Part shown: positions 1 to 9,389 of the stretch, in pieces | Layout of the letters: every line of letters starts with the position of its first letter | How positions within the stretch are numbered: the stretch's first letter is position 1 | Notes under the pieces: model-generated | What the model was told of the DNA's origin: nothing | The model's input: only the letters and a program-made list of their open reading frames with translations | Databases searched by the model: none | Assembly: GCF_013177435.1 (NCBI RefSeq) | Contig: NZ_CP053627.1 | Span: 90,001 to 122,000, forward strand | Direction: 5' to 3' | Length of the DNA: 32,000 nucleotides | Source of the DNA: Xylella taiwanensis | Lineage (GTDB): Bacteria; Pseudomonadota; Gammaproteobacteria; Xanthomonadales; Xanthomonadaceae | Program-made: the position numbers and the translations under genes

Positions 1-698
1 AATCACGATGAGGCCCTTTGGAGTCCAGCCCGCTGCAGGTGTTACTGGTCACCCCACCGAAATTGACGGCAATGTTCTTAGATCCTGTATCGACCTGGCA
101 TGTTGGGTGATGATGGTAATGCCCAGGCCACTGAATGGAAGAGGTTAGTAGTGGGCGCCCTGGGCCACTGCCATCGAAATAGACAGTAGTGAATTGTCCA
201 TTGCTTGCAACGGGGCCGGACCCGGTTATGGCAGCAGTCTTGATCAGTTCGACTTGGAAATATCCTGCGTTGAGGGTGATGTTGGTGTTGTTTTTTTAAC
301 TGAAGCTTGTTAAGGATAGTAATTGGACACTTTGCTTGCTTCCCGGTAGAGCCGTATTCCAACGCCCGGGACATCGGTCTGATAAACATTGGCCATGCCG
401 CTGACTGCTGTTATTCGGACGTGTGAAACGCCCTAGTGCGGTGGCTCCGCCCGCTTGGTCGCATTTACCAGCGTTTTTGACCTCGTTAATGTTATAAAGT
501 TAATAGGGTAATACGATCACCTATGGCTAGCGAAGGCTTGATCAATACACGCCCTAAGCTAGATGTTTTGCGGGTTGAAGTTTGAGCTGCGAAAACAGGC
601 TGTTTGAACAATCGTTACGAGCAGCATTGGCTAGACACGTTGCCGCAACTTGCCAAATCCGCTGATGGTATCGCTTCGTGCGAACCGTGTCGATGCAT
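1..698 (-). pseudogene. Decayed tandem paralogue of the fimbrial adhesin gene at 852-1916; its 3' part lies beyond the left window edge
   Basis: Hand alignment: 1-265 matches 1199-1463 with about 25 mismatches plus one 1-nt insertion and one 1-nt deletion (about 90% identity). Weaker homology continues to about 660 (compare 1575-1860). In the homologous minus-strand frame the N-terminal half needs at least 3-4 frame changes (for example GDRITLLT, +1 shift, LYNINEVKNAGKCD versus GSRITLLTYNLNPVINAGSCD). It also passes in-frame TAG/TAA stops. A possible ancestral ATG is at 698. The only listed ORFs here (78-389, 615-803) are short, and 78-389 is out of the homologous frame. Confidence 0.7.
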
Positions 699-851
699 AC
701 AACTATCGGCATATAATCCGGTGAATTTGCGGAGTTCTAGGTGCAGGGCGTTACGCTTTATTTTTAGTGAAGATACCTGAGTGCACAATTTACAATTATG
801 CAAATTTCAAGCCATTTAATAATTGCTGAGAATACTTACGAGTAAACATTG

Positions 852-1916
852 TCATTGGTATTCAATCGTAAAGGTTGCTGTTCCGTTGGCTTCACCAGCG
901 CCGACTTTTCCTGCTTGCGTCTGGATATAGCGAGCCCGTAGAGGCAGGCTCAACGTACTGCTAGCGTTGATAGAAGTCCGGCCTAGCGTGATACCTTGCC
1001 CAAACACGATTTGACGCTCATTGCCTGTGACCAAATCTACTAGCTCGATTCCCACTTTGCTGGCCGCGTCGTTGGCTGAAGTGATCGCAAGCACCCCAGG
1101 CAGGTTGGAACTATCCTGCGTGGCATCGATACGCACGGATATCAGTGCCTGATCCGCGCCGGCCACATTGCCTCCAGCGCATATCAAATTGATAGCGAAA
1201 TCACGGTTAGGCCCCTTGGAGCCCAGCCCACTGAAGGTGTTACTGGGCACCGCGCCGAAATTGACGGCAATGTTCTTAGATCCGGTATCGACCTCGCATG
1301 TTGAGGTGACGATGGTAATGCCTAGGCCACTGAATGAAGAGGTCAGTAGTGGGCGCCCTGGGCCACTGCCATCGAAATAGGCATTAGTGAATTGTCCATT
1401 GCTTGCAACGGGGCCGGACCCGGTTGTAGCGGCGGTTTTGATCAGTTCGACTTGTAAAAATCCACTGCCAAGGCTGATTATTGAATAGGGCCGCGACACA
1501 TCACTAGGGTAGTAAGAGCGCACTGTGTCGCCGCCACTGGGCGTGCTCGCCTCTCCGTAGAGTCTGATTCCCACACCCGGGACATCGGTTTGATAGACAT
1601 GGTCCATGCCACTGACTGCTGTCATTGAACGGGTGAAATGGGCGTACGACATTCCACCGAAAAAATCGCATGAGCCGGCATTTATGACCGGATTAAGATT
1701 ATAGGTCAACAAAGTAATACGACTGCCGATAGGTAAGGAAGGTTGGATCAGCACCCGGCCTACATTAATTTCGATGTTTTGTGGGACAACGCCGGCATTA
1801 ACTCTGCAGGCTGCTTGAACGTTGGGTGCCAGTAGCATCACCAGGCACACTGCCATCATGTGCAAAACCCATGCATGGCATCCCCGGTTGCAAGCAGTAC
1901 GGATTCCTTTGTTCAT
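852..1916 (-). CDS. Two-domain fimbrial tip adhesin / minor subunit of the chaperone-usher pilus
   Basis: ORF 852-2021. It has a signal-like N-terminus (MMAVCLVMLLAPNVQAAC) and the C-terminal motif TATFTIEYQ typical of fimbrial subunits. It lies directly after the usher gene. The ATG at 1914-1916 overlaps the usher TGA (ATGA), which suggests translational coupling. An alternative ATG is at 1922. Confidence 0.8.
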   Translation of the reverse strand: MNKGIRTACNRGCHAWVLHMMAVCLVMLLAPNVQAACRVNAGVVPQNIEINVGRVLIQPSLPIGSRITLLTYNLNPVINAGSCDFFGGMSYAHFTRSMTAVSGMDHVYQTDVPGVGIRLYGEASTPSGGDTVRSYYPSDVSRPYSIISLGSGFLQVELIKTAATTGSGPVASNGQFTNAYFDGSGPGRPLLTSSFSGLGITIVTSTCEVDTGSKNIAVNFGAVPSNTFSGLGSKGPNRDFAINLICAGGNVAGADQALISVRIDATQDSSNLPGVLAITSANDAASKVGIELVDLVTGNERQIVFGQGITLGRTSINASSTLSLPLRARYIQTQAGKVGAGEANGTATFTIEYQ

Positions 1917-4618
1917 CGACATACGGCCTCCAAAGTCGTAAAACTTCCAGAGCGAGGCGAGGCTTCGTTCGGAGGAAGTTGGTATTCCACATGGCATTGT
2001 TGTGCCGCTTGATCGCCCCATTTGATGGTGAGACGACCTTGGGGATCCTGTGCGCGTACGTAAATGAGGCTGCCCTGTGCGACCAAGCCAATGGACTGTC
2101 CTTGCGCATCAAGGACCTGTGCACCGAATGGCAAAGGTTGGCCATTGGGAGCACGTGCATTAATGATCAGTGCGCGACCCTTGCGGGTTCCGAAAGTCAC
2201 TTTAGAAATTGCACCCGCATAGGGAGCGACAAGCTGGCTGGAGGTCTCCAATTCCACATCTGCATTCATCCCTTGAGGATCGAGGGTGATGATGTTCATG
2301 CGATAGGGTGATGCGTAGGGTACGACAGCATAGCCGCGTTGATCGATGCGCACGCCGGAGACGTTGGATACACTGGCATCCTTTGCTGCTGGTGCTTCGA
2401 CAATGACCATCGTGTCACCACGTTGAGGAGCCAGCGTCACGCCACCACTGTGGACAACCATGGTGCCGTTTGCTCCAAGACTCATTTGACGGTAGCTGCG
2501 GCTATGGCTATAGCTGCCTGAAAGTGCGGTGTAACGACTACGGTACTGAACATTACCGTCGATCATGGTGTCGTTGTTTCGCATATCGGATGCAGCGATT
2601 CCGTACGTTAACACATTGTCTTTGCCGGCAGATCCCACCATGCTTGCGCGGCTGCTGTCATAGCGCCCATTGCGTAGACCGATGTTGCTCGTTACCGTTA
2701 CCGGGTTGGTTTTCCCCAGTGGAACCGATACTGTGAATAACATCTGTGTATCGCTGTGCATGGTTGGGACCTGTGAGCGTAATGCTGAGAGTCCGAAATT
2801 TACGCCCTTATAGGCTACATTGTAGCCCGCTTGATACTGGATAGTGCTGCCGCGTTGGTTCCAGTATTGCCGTGCTGACCCTGTCAGATAAAGTGAACCA
2901 AGTGATGGTCCTAATGACTGGTTGACGGTGAGTTGAAGTTGGCTACGTTGGCGATAGATAGCCGCGTTGCTGAAGCCACGCTTTTCATAGTCCATTGCCA
3001 TGATCGCGTCTTGCAAGCCATAAAAGCCTGACGTCGAATACCGATACGCAGCTAGTGTGATATTGGTATTGGTCTCGCTCAGTAGCTTGCTGTAGCTTAA
3101 GCGCACACTCGTGCCGCTAAAGGCATCGTTACGCAGCTTTGTACGCGCGACGGTGCCGTCCAAGGCAAATGCACCCACTGGGGTAGAGATACCTGCTCCC
3201 GCTATGGCTGCGATATAACGCTGACTAATCGTGCTGCCTGCATAAGCTGTGAGTGCGTTGCTGATACCGCGTTGATAAGTCCCCTCTAACAAGTACGGAG
3301 TATGGCGGAGCATATCGTTGCGGACTTTGCCCACGGTCAGGCTGTGCCGCTGCGATCCTGCCCTGAGCATTTGTGCTACAGATCCATAGGGGACGCTGAA
3401 CTGCTGTTGGCGGCCATCGGTCTCATGGACAGTGACCTGCAGGTCACCTCCATAGCCCGTAGGATACAGATCGTCGATGACGAACGCTCCGGGCGCAACT
3501 GTGGTGCTGTAGATCAGCTGGCCGTTCTGGCGTATCTCTACGCGTGCGTTGCTTTGTGCGATACCACGGACGATAGGTGCATAGCCACGCAAAGAATCCG
3601 GTAGCATGCGGTCATCGGTTGCCAAGTTCACACCGCGGAAACCGATAGAATCGAACAGCTCGCCACTGGTGTAGGCATCGCCTACGGTCAGCATGCTGCT
3701 TATATCCGGAAAGGCGCGTTGTGCGTAGGTGGCGATGTTCTGCCACAGCGATCCATCATTGGAATTCCAGCTGTAACTGGAGTTATGGCGGAACTGCCAA
3801 TTGCCCAAATTCAAGCCGCTGGCGATTCCTAGATACGCTGAATCACCGCGTTGCCTACCGCTTGTTGCATTTACATTACGGCCACCGTACCAGTTGAAGC
3901 TATAGCCGATGAATCCTGCATTGACACCACGATCCCAGAGTGATGGACTGACGTAACCGCGCGCTGAGCGTCGCATAGCCACCTGTGGGATGCTTACATC
4001 CAAGCGCTGAGTGGCTACATCGAAACGTGCGTATGCATCGGGTAGCCATTGGTCGATGGACTTGCAGGCATGTATGTCAGCCCCTGCGTCTGTTAGCGCC
4101 GAGGTATCGACCCCCAGCTCTTCCAGCATGGTGAGCGTCATGCAAGTGACAGCTTCCTGGCCGCCAGTATTACGAAATTCCATATCACGTCGGCCTTTCC
4201 ATTGGCCGTTAACATAAAGATCGGCGCGATAGAGACCTGGCATAACAGGATTACCGCGGGCAAACATGTCTAAGTCAACCGAACGTGCTTGGCCAACGAG
4301 AAAATTACTGTTGAAATTTACCGCTTGTGCTACACGTTGTGGTGCAGTGTTCTCTGCTTTGGCCACCAACATGCGCTGTCCAAGATTATCAGGCTCCGTC
4401 TCCGCGCAAGCCAATCTTGACATCATTAATGTGCATGCCGAAGCGATTGCAGCGACCAACATGCGCTGTTTAAAGTAGTGCCCCCTGACTTGTGTGAAAG
4501 TCAGTTCGGGCGCTATTAGCCTACAACTTGAAGCGATCTCCGATTCTGGAACGAAGCTCGCGCTGCTGAGTTGAAGGGTGCCAACCTTCCTCGGCTGTGA
4601 TATGTCCTGTTTGTTCAT
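1913..4618 (-). CDS. fimD: Fimbrial outer-membrane usher protein
   Basis: 901-aa ORF with an usher-typical N-terminus (AVNFNSNFLVG...PGLYRADLYVNG) and usher-typical size, placed between the chaperone and adhesin genes. The symbol is given by role only. The start is ambiguous: ATG at 4618, or ATG at 4462 just before the hydrophobic signal core MLVAAIASACTLMMSRLACA. Confidence 0.9.
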   Translation of the reverse strand: MNKQDISQPRKVGTLQLSSASFVPESEIASSCRLIAPELTFTQVRGHYFKQRMLVAAIASACTLMMSRLACAETEPDNLGQRMLVAKAENTAPQRVAQAVNFNSNFLVGQARSVDLDMFARGNPVMPGLYRADLYVNGQWKGRRDMEFRNTGGQEAVTCMTLTMLEELGVDTSALTDAGADIHACKSIDQWLPDAYARFDVATQRLDVSIPQVAMRRSARGYVSPSLWDRGVNAGFIGYSFNWYGGRNVNATSGRQRGDSAYLGIASGLNLGNWQFRHNSSYSWNSNDGSLWQNIATYAQRAFPDISSMLTVGDAYTSGELFDSIGFRGVNLATDDRMLPDSLRGYAPIVRGIAQSNARVEIRQNGQLIYSTTVAPGAFVIDDLYPTGYGGDLQVTVHETDGRQQQFSVPYGSVAQMLRAGSQRHSLTVGKVRNDMLRHTPYLLEGTYQRGISNALTAYAGSTISQRYIAAIAGAGISTPVGAFALDGTVARTKLRNDAFSGTSVRLSYSKLLSETNTNITLAAYRYSTSGFYGLQDAIMAMDYEKRGFSNAAIYRQRSQLQLTVNQSLGPSLGSLYLTGSARQYWNQRGSTIQYQAGYNVAYKGVNFGLSALRSQVPTMHSDTQMLFTVSVPLGKTNPVTVTSNIGLRNGRYDSSRASMVGSAGKDNVLTYGIAASDMRNNDTMIDGNVQYRSRYTALSGSYSHSRSYRQMSLGANGTMVVHSGGVTLAPQRGDTMVIVEAPAAKDASVSNVSGVRIDQRGYAVVPYASPYRMNIITLDPQGMNADVELETSSQLVAPYAGAISKVTFGTRKGRALIINARAPNGQPLPFGAQVLDAQGQSIGLVAQGSLIYVRAQDPQGRLTIKWGDQAAQQCHVEYQLPPNEASPRSGSFTTLEAVCR
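4485..4504 (-). promoter_or_regulatory. Short stem-loop (7-bp stem, 6-nt loop) between the two candidate usher start codons
   Basis: CTGACTT gtgtga AAGTCAG on the plus strand. It lies 22 nt upstream of the ATG at 4462 and inside the N-terminal extension implied by the ATG at 4618. Confidence 0.25.
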
Positions 4619-4645
4619 AGTATTTTTTGTTATGAATTAGGGCTA

Positions 4646-5431
4646 TTAAGGCATTGAGCCCAAATCGATGTTCTGCGTGACTATCCCGCCGTAATCGTTG
4701 ATGAAAGTAAATGACACACTTTTCCACCTTGATGAGTGTCCACCTGATGTGTTGGCTTGGAATGTGTGTTGCTGGCCGGGGGCCAACAGCACGCCAGCTT
4801 TATCGATGACCTCTTTGCTTCCTTTCTCATCCAGAGCTTCGGTTCGAGTGAGTGTGACGTGGTAAGGCGTGGGATTGCTTACGAGTACTCGCCCGTCAGA
4901 ATGCAGTTTCCAACTCAGTGAAGCAGGTGCCTCGTTTGCTGTTCCCTTGAGCCCGGATGGACGATAGAAAACCTTGATACGTGAGCGGAACGCGAGTTGC
5001 AGATAGTTCTGGGGTTCTGATTTCTCAGCGGAGGTTGGAACACTTTTACCTGAATGTTCTAAAGGAGCAGGTGGAACTTCCAGAACGTTCAACCAGAATA
5101 AGCTTTCCCGATCCTGTGGTAATGTGGTGGCGCCCGTAAAAAACAAACGCAACGCTTGCCCTGAACCAGGCTCAACACGACTGATAGGGGGCGTCACCAG
5201 AAAAGGGACTTTACTTTCGTCAGGTGTTTGCTTGGCATTGCCGTCATCCATCCAGACTTGTAACAGCGCGGGGCTCTCCCCTGTATTGCTAACCTGCACC
5301 GTGACATCACGCGATTGTGCGGGATAGACGACCCGCGTGCCGCTGATGATGATGCCTGCGAAAGCGGATTGGGTCGATAAGCAGGCGCTGAGGGCAAATG
5401 CCCATATGCTTTTGCTGTGTTGAATTCTCAT
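4646..5431 (-). CDS. fimC: PapD-like periplasmic fimbrial chaperone
   Basis: ORF 4646-5497. It has a signal peptide (MRIQHSKSIWAFALSACLSTQSAFA) followed by GIIISGTRVVYP, the conserved start of PapD-family chaperones. The symbol is given by role only. I prefer the ATG at 5431 (alternative 5446), because the longer ORF would run through the stem-loop at 5476-5504. Confidence 0.85.
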   Translation of the reverse strand: MRIQHSKSIWAFALSACLSTQSAFAGIIISGTRVVYPAQSRDVTVQVSNTGESPALLQVWMDDGNAKQTPDESKVPFLVTPPISRVEPGSGQALRLFFTGATTLPQDRESLFWLNVLEVPPAPLEHSGKSVPTSAEKSEPQNYLQLAFRSRIKVFYRPSGLKGTANEAPASLSWKLHSDGRVLVSNPTPYHVTLTRTEALDEKGSKEVIDKAGVLLAPGQQHTFQANTSGGHSSRWKSVSFTFINDYGGIVTQNIDLGSMP

Positions 5432-5475
5432 GATCGGATGAGCCATGGCTACTGAAATAAAACGCAGCAAGACGA

Positions 5476-5504
5476 CGCACGGAATGACGTGCGTCATCCG
5501 TGCG
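5476..5504 (-). terminator. Intercistronic stem-loop after the major-subunit gene (possible attenuating terminator or mRNA-stability element)
   Basis: Plus strand: CG CACGGAATGA cgtgcg TCATCCGTG CG. This gives about 11 bp with one bulged A. It starts 11 nt downstream of the fimA stop. The mRNA-sense U-rich run GCGUUUUAUUU (plus 5453-5463) follows, but only after a 12-nt gap, so this is not a textbook intrinsic terminator. Confidence 0.35.
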
Positions 5505-5514
5505 CAGTTATCGC

Positions 5515-6078
5515 TTACTGGTAGATGATGGTGTACTGAACGTTGGTAGTCACGTTACCGGCTGTGCTGACGCCGGTGGCGTAATACTCGGAGTAGTAAT
5601 GCAGACTGGCTGCGCCAGTTGAATCGACTGCTACCCATTGTGAGTTGGTCTGAGCACCGTTACTACCAACGGCCAGAATTGGCAGGAATTGGCCGTTGCT
5701 GCCCAGCAACTGAACCTGCACATTGGTAGCTGCACTGTTTCCCGTAGATTGGTTGAGTAGGCGGCCACTCTTGAAGTCCACACTTGGACCTGGCTCAAAA
5801 TAGGTGGCCACGGTACTGCCTGCCGTGCAATTAGTCAGCTCAATGTAGAACGGTGTACGGGCAGTCGTTTTGCCTTCGGAGTTCAGGCTGCTGAACGACA
5901 CTGTTGGTAGTGGCAGCGCGAAGCTTTGGCTTGTTCCACCATTACCAGTGATGGTGCAGGTCCGGTCGGTCACTTTGCCGGTGATAGTGATGGTGCCATC
6001 GGCTGCCAAAGCCGAACCGCAGAATACCAGAGCGGCGGATGTGAGGCTTGAGAGAGCGAAATTTTTCATGGTTTTCAT
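5515..6078 (-). CDS. fimA: Type 1-like fimbrial major subunit
   Basis: ORF 5515-6231. Internal start MKTMKNFALSSLTSAALVFCGSALAADGTITITGKV gives a signal peptide plus the N-terminal strand typical of a fimbrial subunit. The C-terminus is NVQYTIIYQ. It is the first gene of the operon. An alternative ATG is at 6069. Confidence 0.8.
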   Translation of the reverse strand: MKTMKNFALSSLTSAALVFCGSALAADGTITITGKVTDRTCTITGNGGTSQSFALPLPTVSFSSLNSEGKTTARTPFYIELTNCTAGSTVATYFEPGPSVDFKSGRLLNQSTGNSAATNVQVQLLGSNGQFLPILAVGSNGAQTNSQWVAVDSTGAASLHYYSEYYATGVSTAGNVTTNVQYTIIYQ

Positions 6079-6302
6079 AATAAGTTTGGAAATCTTAAGT
6101 TGATGTGGATTAGAAAGGGAATTGCAACTCAAAATGCTTGCAATCAAGGCTGCATCACTTAATACGTTTTCATTGCATTCCCCCTTCATCTGAGATAAAG
6201 CGGCATGGATGATAGAGCTTAAGTGATCCACAGCACAATTAAATTGGCAATATTTTATTTATTGAGGATATGATGATGCAATATATTTCATGAGAATTAA
6301 TG

Positions 6303-6332
6303 ATAAATTCAATTCATAAATTCAATTGAATT
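6303..6332. promoter_or_regulatory. Tandem 12-bp direct repeat overlapping a 14-bp perfect palindrome, upstream of fimA
   Basis: ATAAATTCAATT occurs at 6303-6314 and again at 6316-6327 (period 13). AATTCAATTGAATT at 6319-6332 is its own reverse complement. The element lies about 225-255 bp upstream of the fimA ATG, inside DNA of 22-33% GC (hand count over three 60-nt lines). Confidence 0.4.
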
Positions 6333-8817
6333 GTGGAATCTTTAATCGAAGAAGCAATAATAATAAATTGACAACTTGATGTTGATAGCAGTAAGTAAAT
6401 CCAGATGGCATTCTGAGTTCTGAAATTGTGAGGATTTCATAATTAATAAGTTACTCAGAGTACTTAAGATCAAGATTAGTTCTAAAAGCTATTTTCTGCA
6501 GGCAATGAGGAATCATGGTACTTAGCTGATCACCCATGTAATAACATCTGTAGATTGTGATAGTGATCAGATTCATTCTTCAACATGATCTTCATTGTTG
6601 CTTGAATTGCATGGATTGTGAGTCTTTCATGTAAGTACATCTGAGATGTGACGCTTTATGATCCGTTGATCGATGACTGACACGTCTAGATACTATTGGA
6701 GTATTCATCTCATCAAAACAATTCAGTAAAGCAGGGTGGTTTTAGTTGTTTATCCTACTGGCCGTCATTCATGGTTGGAGTCGACCACTTAATGAGTAAA
6801 TAAATGCATGTAGAGGAATCTCGGACTATGCGCAATGTTTCCTGCGGTGCATCCAACAGAAGTTACAGATTGGAGCAACAACTAAAATATCTTTAGTCTA
6901 AGATCTCCAGTGATCAGTATCGCGTGGAGTAAACAGGTACAACTCACGTAATGGAAGGAATTTGATCTGCTATTGCTGTTGTTTTGAAACTTCGTGCGAT
7001 TGTTAACGCCATTTTACATGCTGAAAATTATCGAGATTCTTTAAGAATTTTCAGGGTGTTGGGTTGAGGTGAACATGAAAATAAAGTTGATATATAACCT
7101 CGTAACGTTTGACTTCATGATCTACTTCAGTAGTCAGTAGAAGGAAAACTACAGCAATAATATTTGAGTGTATGCTCCACTGGCCACTTGGTCCGCACTC
7201 ATAAAAATGAGAGTTACATCAGACGGTGCGGCGCCTTTGTTGCAAGCGCGCAGTGTGCACAATCTTCCAATTCATTGTTCAATGCATACGTTGTTGGTCC
7301 TTGCCGTAGACAGCCTTTTCTAGTGCGGTAGTCCAGTCCGATCTCAGTATTGCGAGTTAAGTTCTAAAAGAATGCATTGGAATTACGTGATGCAAACGTC
7401 GATATCACCGATATAAATTGTGACTTTTGTCAAATATGAAATTTGATGATTATCAATTTTTGCATGCGACGACTGATGCTCTTAATGTTGGTTTTTCCCT
7501 TATAGATATAGACATCTTGCACATTCCTCTACATTGGTTTTGGATTGATTGTCATCCCTCTGTCTGTGTTAGTGATTACACATAATGTTGGGTAACACTC
7601 TTGTAGTTGTAGTTTGAGGCGCGGGGTGGTCATTTTGTTTGACGGCAAAGGCATCATCGGTTGACACAACAGTAAATGATGTACGCTTCCAGAGAACTTC
7701 ATCCAGGAGTGACGTATGTATCAAGGCAATACGTTACTTGCTACTGCTGCATAAGTGAGTAAGTGCAAGGCAGCAAGATCATTTATTGCACTGCATGCGC
7801 TCATTGGAGAGGCGCGTATCCAACTGTAGGTTTGGGTTGCATTGGATGCTCAAACTATCTTGCTTGATGGAACATGACATCTTTGCTGTGCATCTACAGT
7901 GAACATTTGATGTTCGGTACATTACCACTATTGGCGGCTTGCAACTGTCGTCTGAATCATCAAAAAAGCCATTCTGTAATTCGAGGAGGTGCGGTTGTTA
8001 CAGTGACTATCCAATGTAGGCATGAGGTATTGAACAGCCGGCTGGTCGTGGGTATGTTCGTTAATCAGATGATTCAGTTTCGTTTGGCCGTGCTTCTGCC
8101 CTAGCCGATAGGAAAGAGTAACGCTGCACCGATTGGCACGTCAGTCTTCAGCGCAGCGGCAAGTGTGGTCATGTCTATTTGCCATACCATATCCGGTATC
8201 AACGATCGGGGCATCGCACATCTATGCATGGACTTTGTTCGGTAAGGTCACAGTCGCACTTTGGCATGTGCGTGATGGCTGCCATAAACCTATTACGCAC
8301 ATATCTCAGTAGCCATCTTGGGTGCTTTCTTGGTGTGGGATCTGATTACATGGGGAGGTGACGAATTACCAGCGAGCGCCATGGTATTGCGTTGACGTAA
8401 TCATGGATGTTCGCCGTTATTCGGCCTGGATCATTTCTTTCGGGTGTAAGAGATGTGATCTTTTTAGTAGTGGTTGGAGAAAAACAGCTTCAAATGATTG
8501 CTCATCCTCAGACCATAGAGGATGCAGGGCGATACAGCTTCGGAACTGGATAACCTTGACGAAGGTTGTTCAGAAGGATTGAAGTGTTTTTGGCACGTGT
8601 ATCGTTCGAAATAACGTTCCTCTACACCTGGAGAGGTAGTGCAGTAACAGCGTGGTGTGTCCTCAAGCATTTTGTCCAGATCGAGGCATGACATGAAGAA
8701 TCGCTAAAGTCGTAGCTGATTACGATTAAGGAAAGGATGGGTATAGATAATCTGGTATTGGAGTTTGTCCAATACATCTCTAGATCATTGCCATAACCAC
8801 CCATTACCAGCTTGCTT

Positions 8818-9306
8818 TTACAGCAACGTACTGAGGCCCAGCAATGCAGTCAGCACGGTTTCCCGCCGCACTGCTTCGCGATCACCATCGAATTTAAAAA
8901 ACTGTGGTTTGGCGTAACCGCCACGTCGTTTCCAGCTAATCCAGACACTACCGATTGGCTTGTCTGTACTGCCGCCGTCAGGTCCGGCAATCCCGGTCAC
9001 TGCTATTGCGATGCTGGCACCGGAGTGTATCAACGCGCCGGAGACCATCTCCACCACAGTTTCACGGCTGACTGCACCATGTATCTCCAGCGTCTCCGGG
9101 CGCACTCCGAGCAACGCCTGTTTGGCTTCGTAACTATAGGCGACTATGCCGCATTCGAACCAAGCGGATGAGCCTGGGACATCGGTGATCGCTTTGGCGA
9201 TCCAGCCGCCAGTGCAGCTCTCTGCGGTTACCAACCGTTCGTGCGTCATGCAGAACTGTTTACCCAAGGTTTCAGATAGGTTATGGATCTGCTGGTCGGT
9301 CGCCAT
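8818..9306 (-). CDS. pncC: CinA-family nicotinamide-nucleotide amidohydrolase (PncC-type domain)
   Basis: ORF 8818-9336. It carries the motif ESCTGGWIAKAITDVPGSSAWFECGIVAYSYEAKQALLGV, typical of the CinA C-terminal/PncC family. The likely start is MATDQQ at 9306. Confidence 0.8.
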   Translation of the reverse strand: MATDQQIHNLSETLGKQFCMTHERLVTAESCTGGWIAKAITDVPGSSAWFECGIVAYSYEAKQALLGVRPETLEIHGAVSRETVVEMVSGALIHSGASIAIAVTGIAGPDGGSTDKPIGSVWISWKRRGGYAKPQFFKFDGDREAVRRETVLTALLGLSTLL

Positions 9307-9389
9307 TGTTGGTACGCATAATGAGGGAATCCCCATTGTTGTTGTAGCTGAACTAAACTTGCCTGTCTTCTATGAAGTGCATGCATGTT

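Noticed and set aside
78-389. 103-codon minus-strand ORF that could be annotated as a hypothetical protein
   Set aside because: It runs in a different frame from the homologous adhesin reading frame and gives a low-complexity, Arg/His/Gln-rich product. It is best explained as an accidental ORF inside the decayed adhesin paralogue.
6092-6470. fimS-like invertible promoter segment: 9-bp inverted repeat ATCTTAAGT (6092-6100) / ACTTAAGAT (6462-6470), bracketing about 370 bp upstream of fimA
   Set aside because: The repeat core CTTAAG is itself palindromic, so only 3 flanking bases carry information. The motif occurs a third time near 6218. The flanks do not extend the match. No FimB/FimE-type recombinase gene is present in the window.
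6460-7345. Apparent clustering of GATC sites (about 11 in 900 bp, several as TGATCA) that might indicate pap-like Dam/Lrp phase variation
   Set aside because: I cannot establish enrichment relative to the rest of the window by eye, because GATC is also frequent inside the genes. No paired sites with regular spacing near the promoter are evident. The presence of a Dam methylase is unknown.
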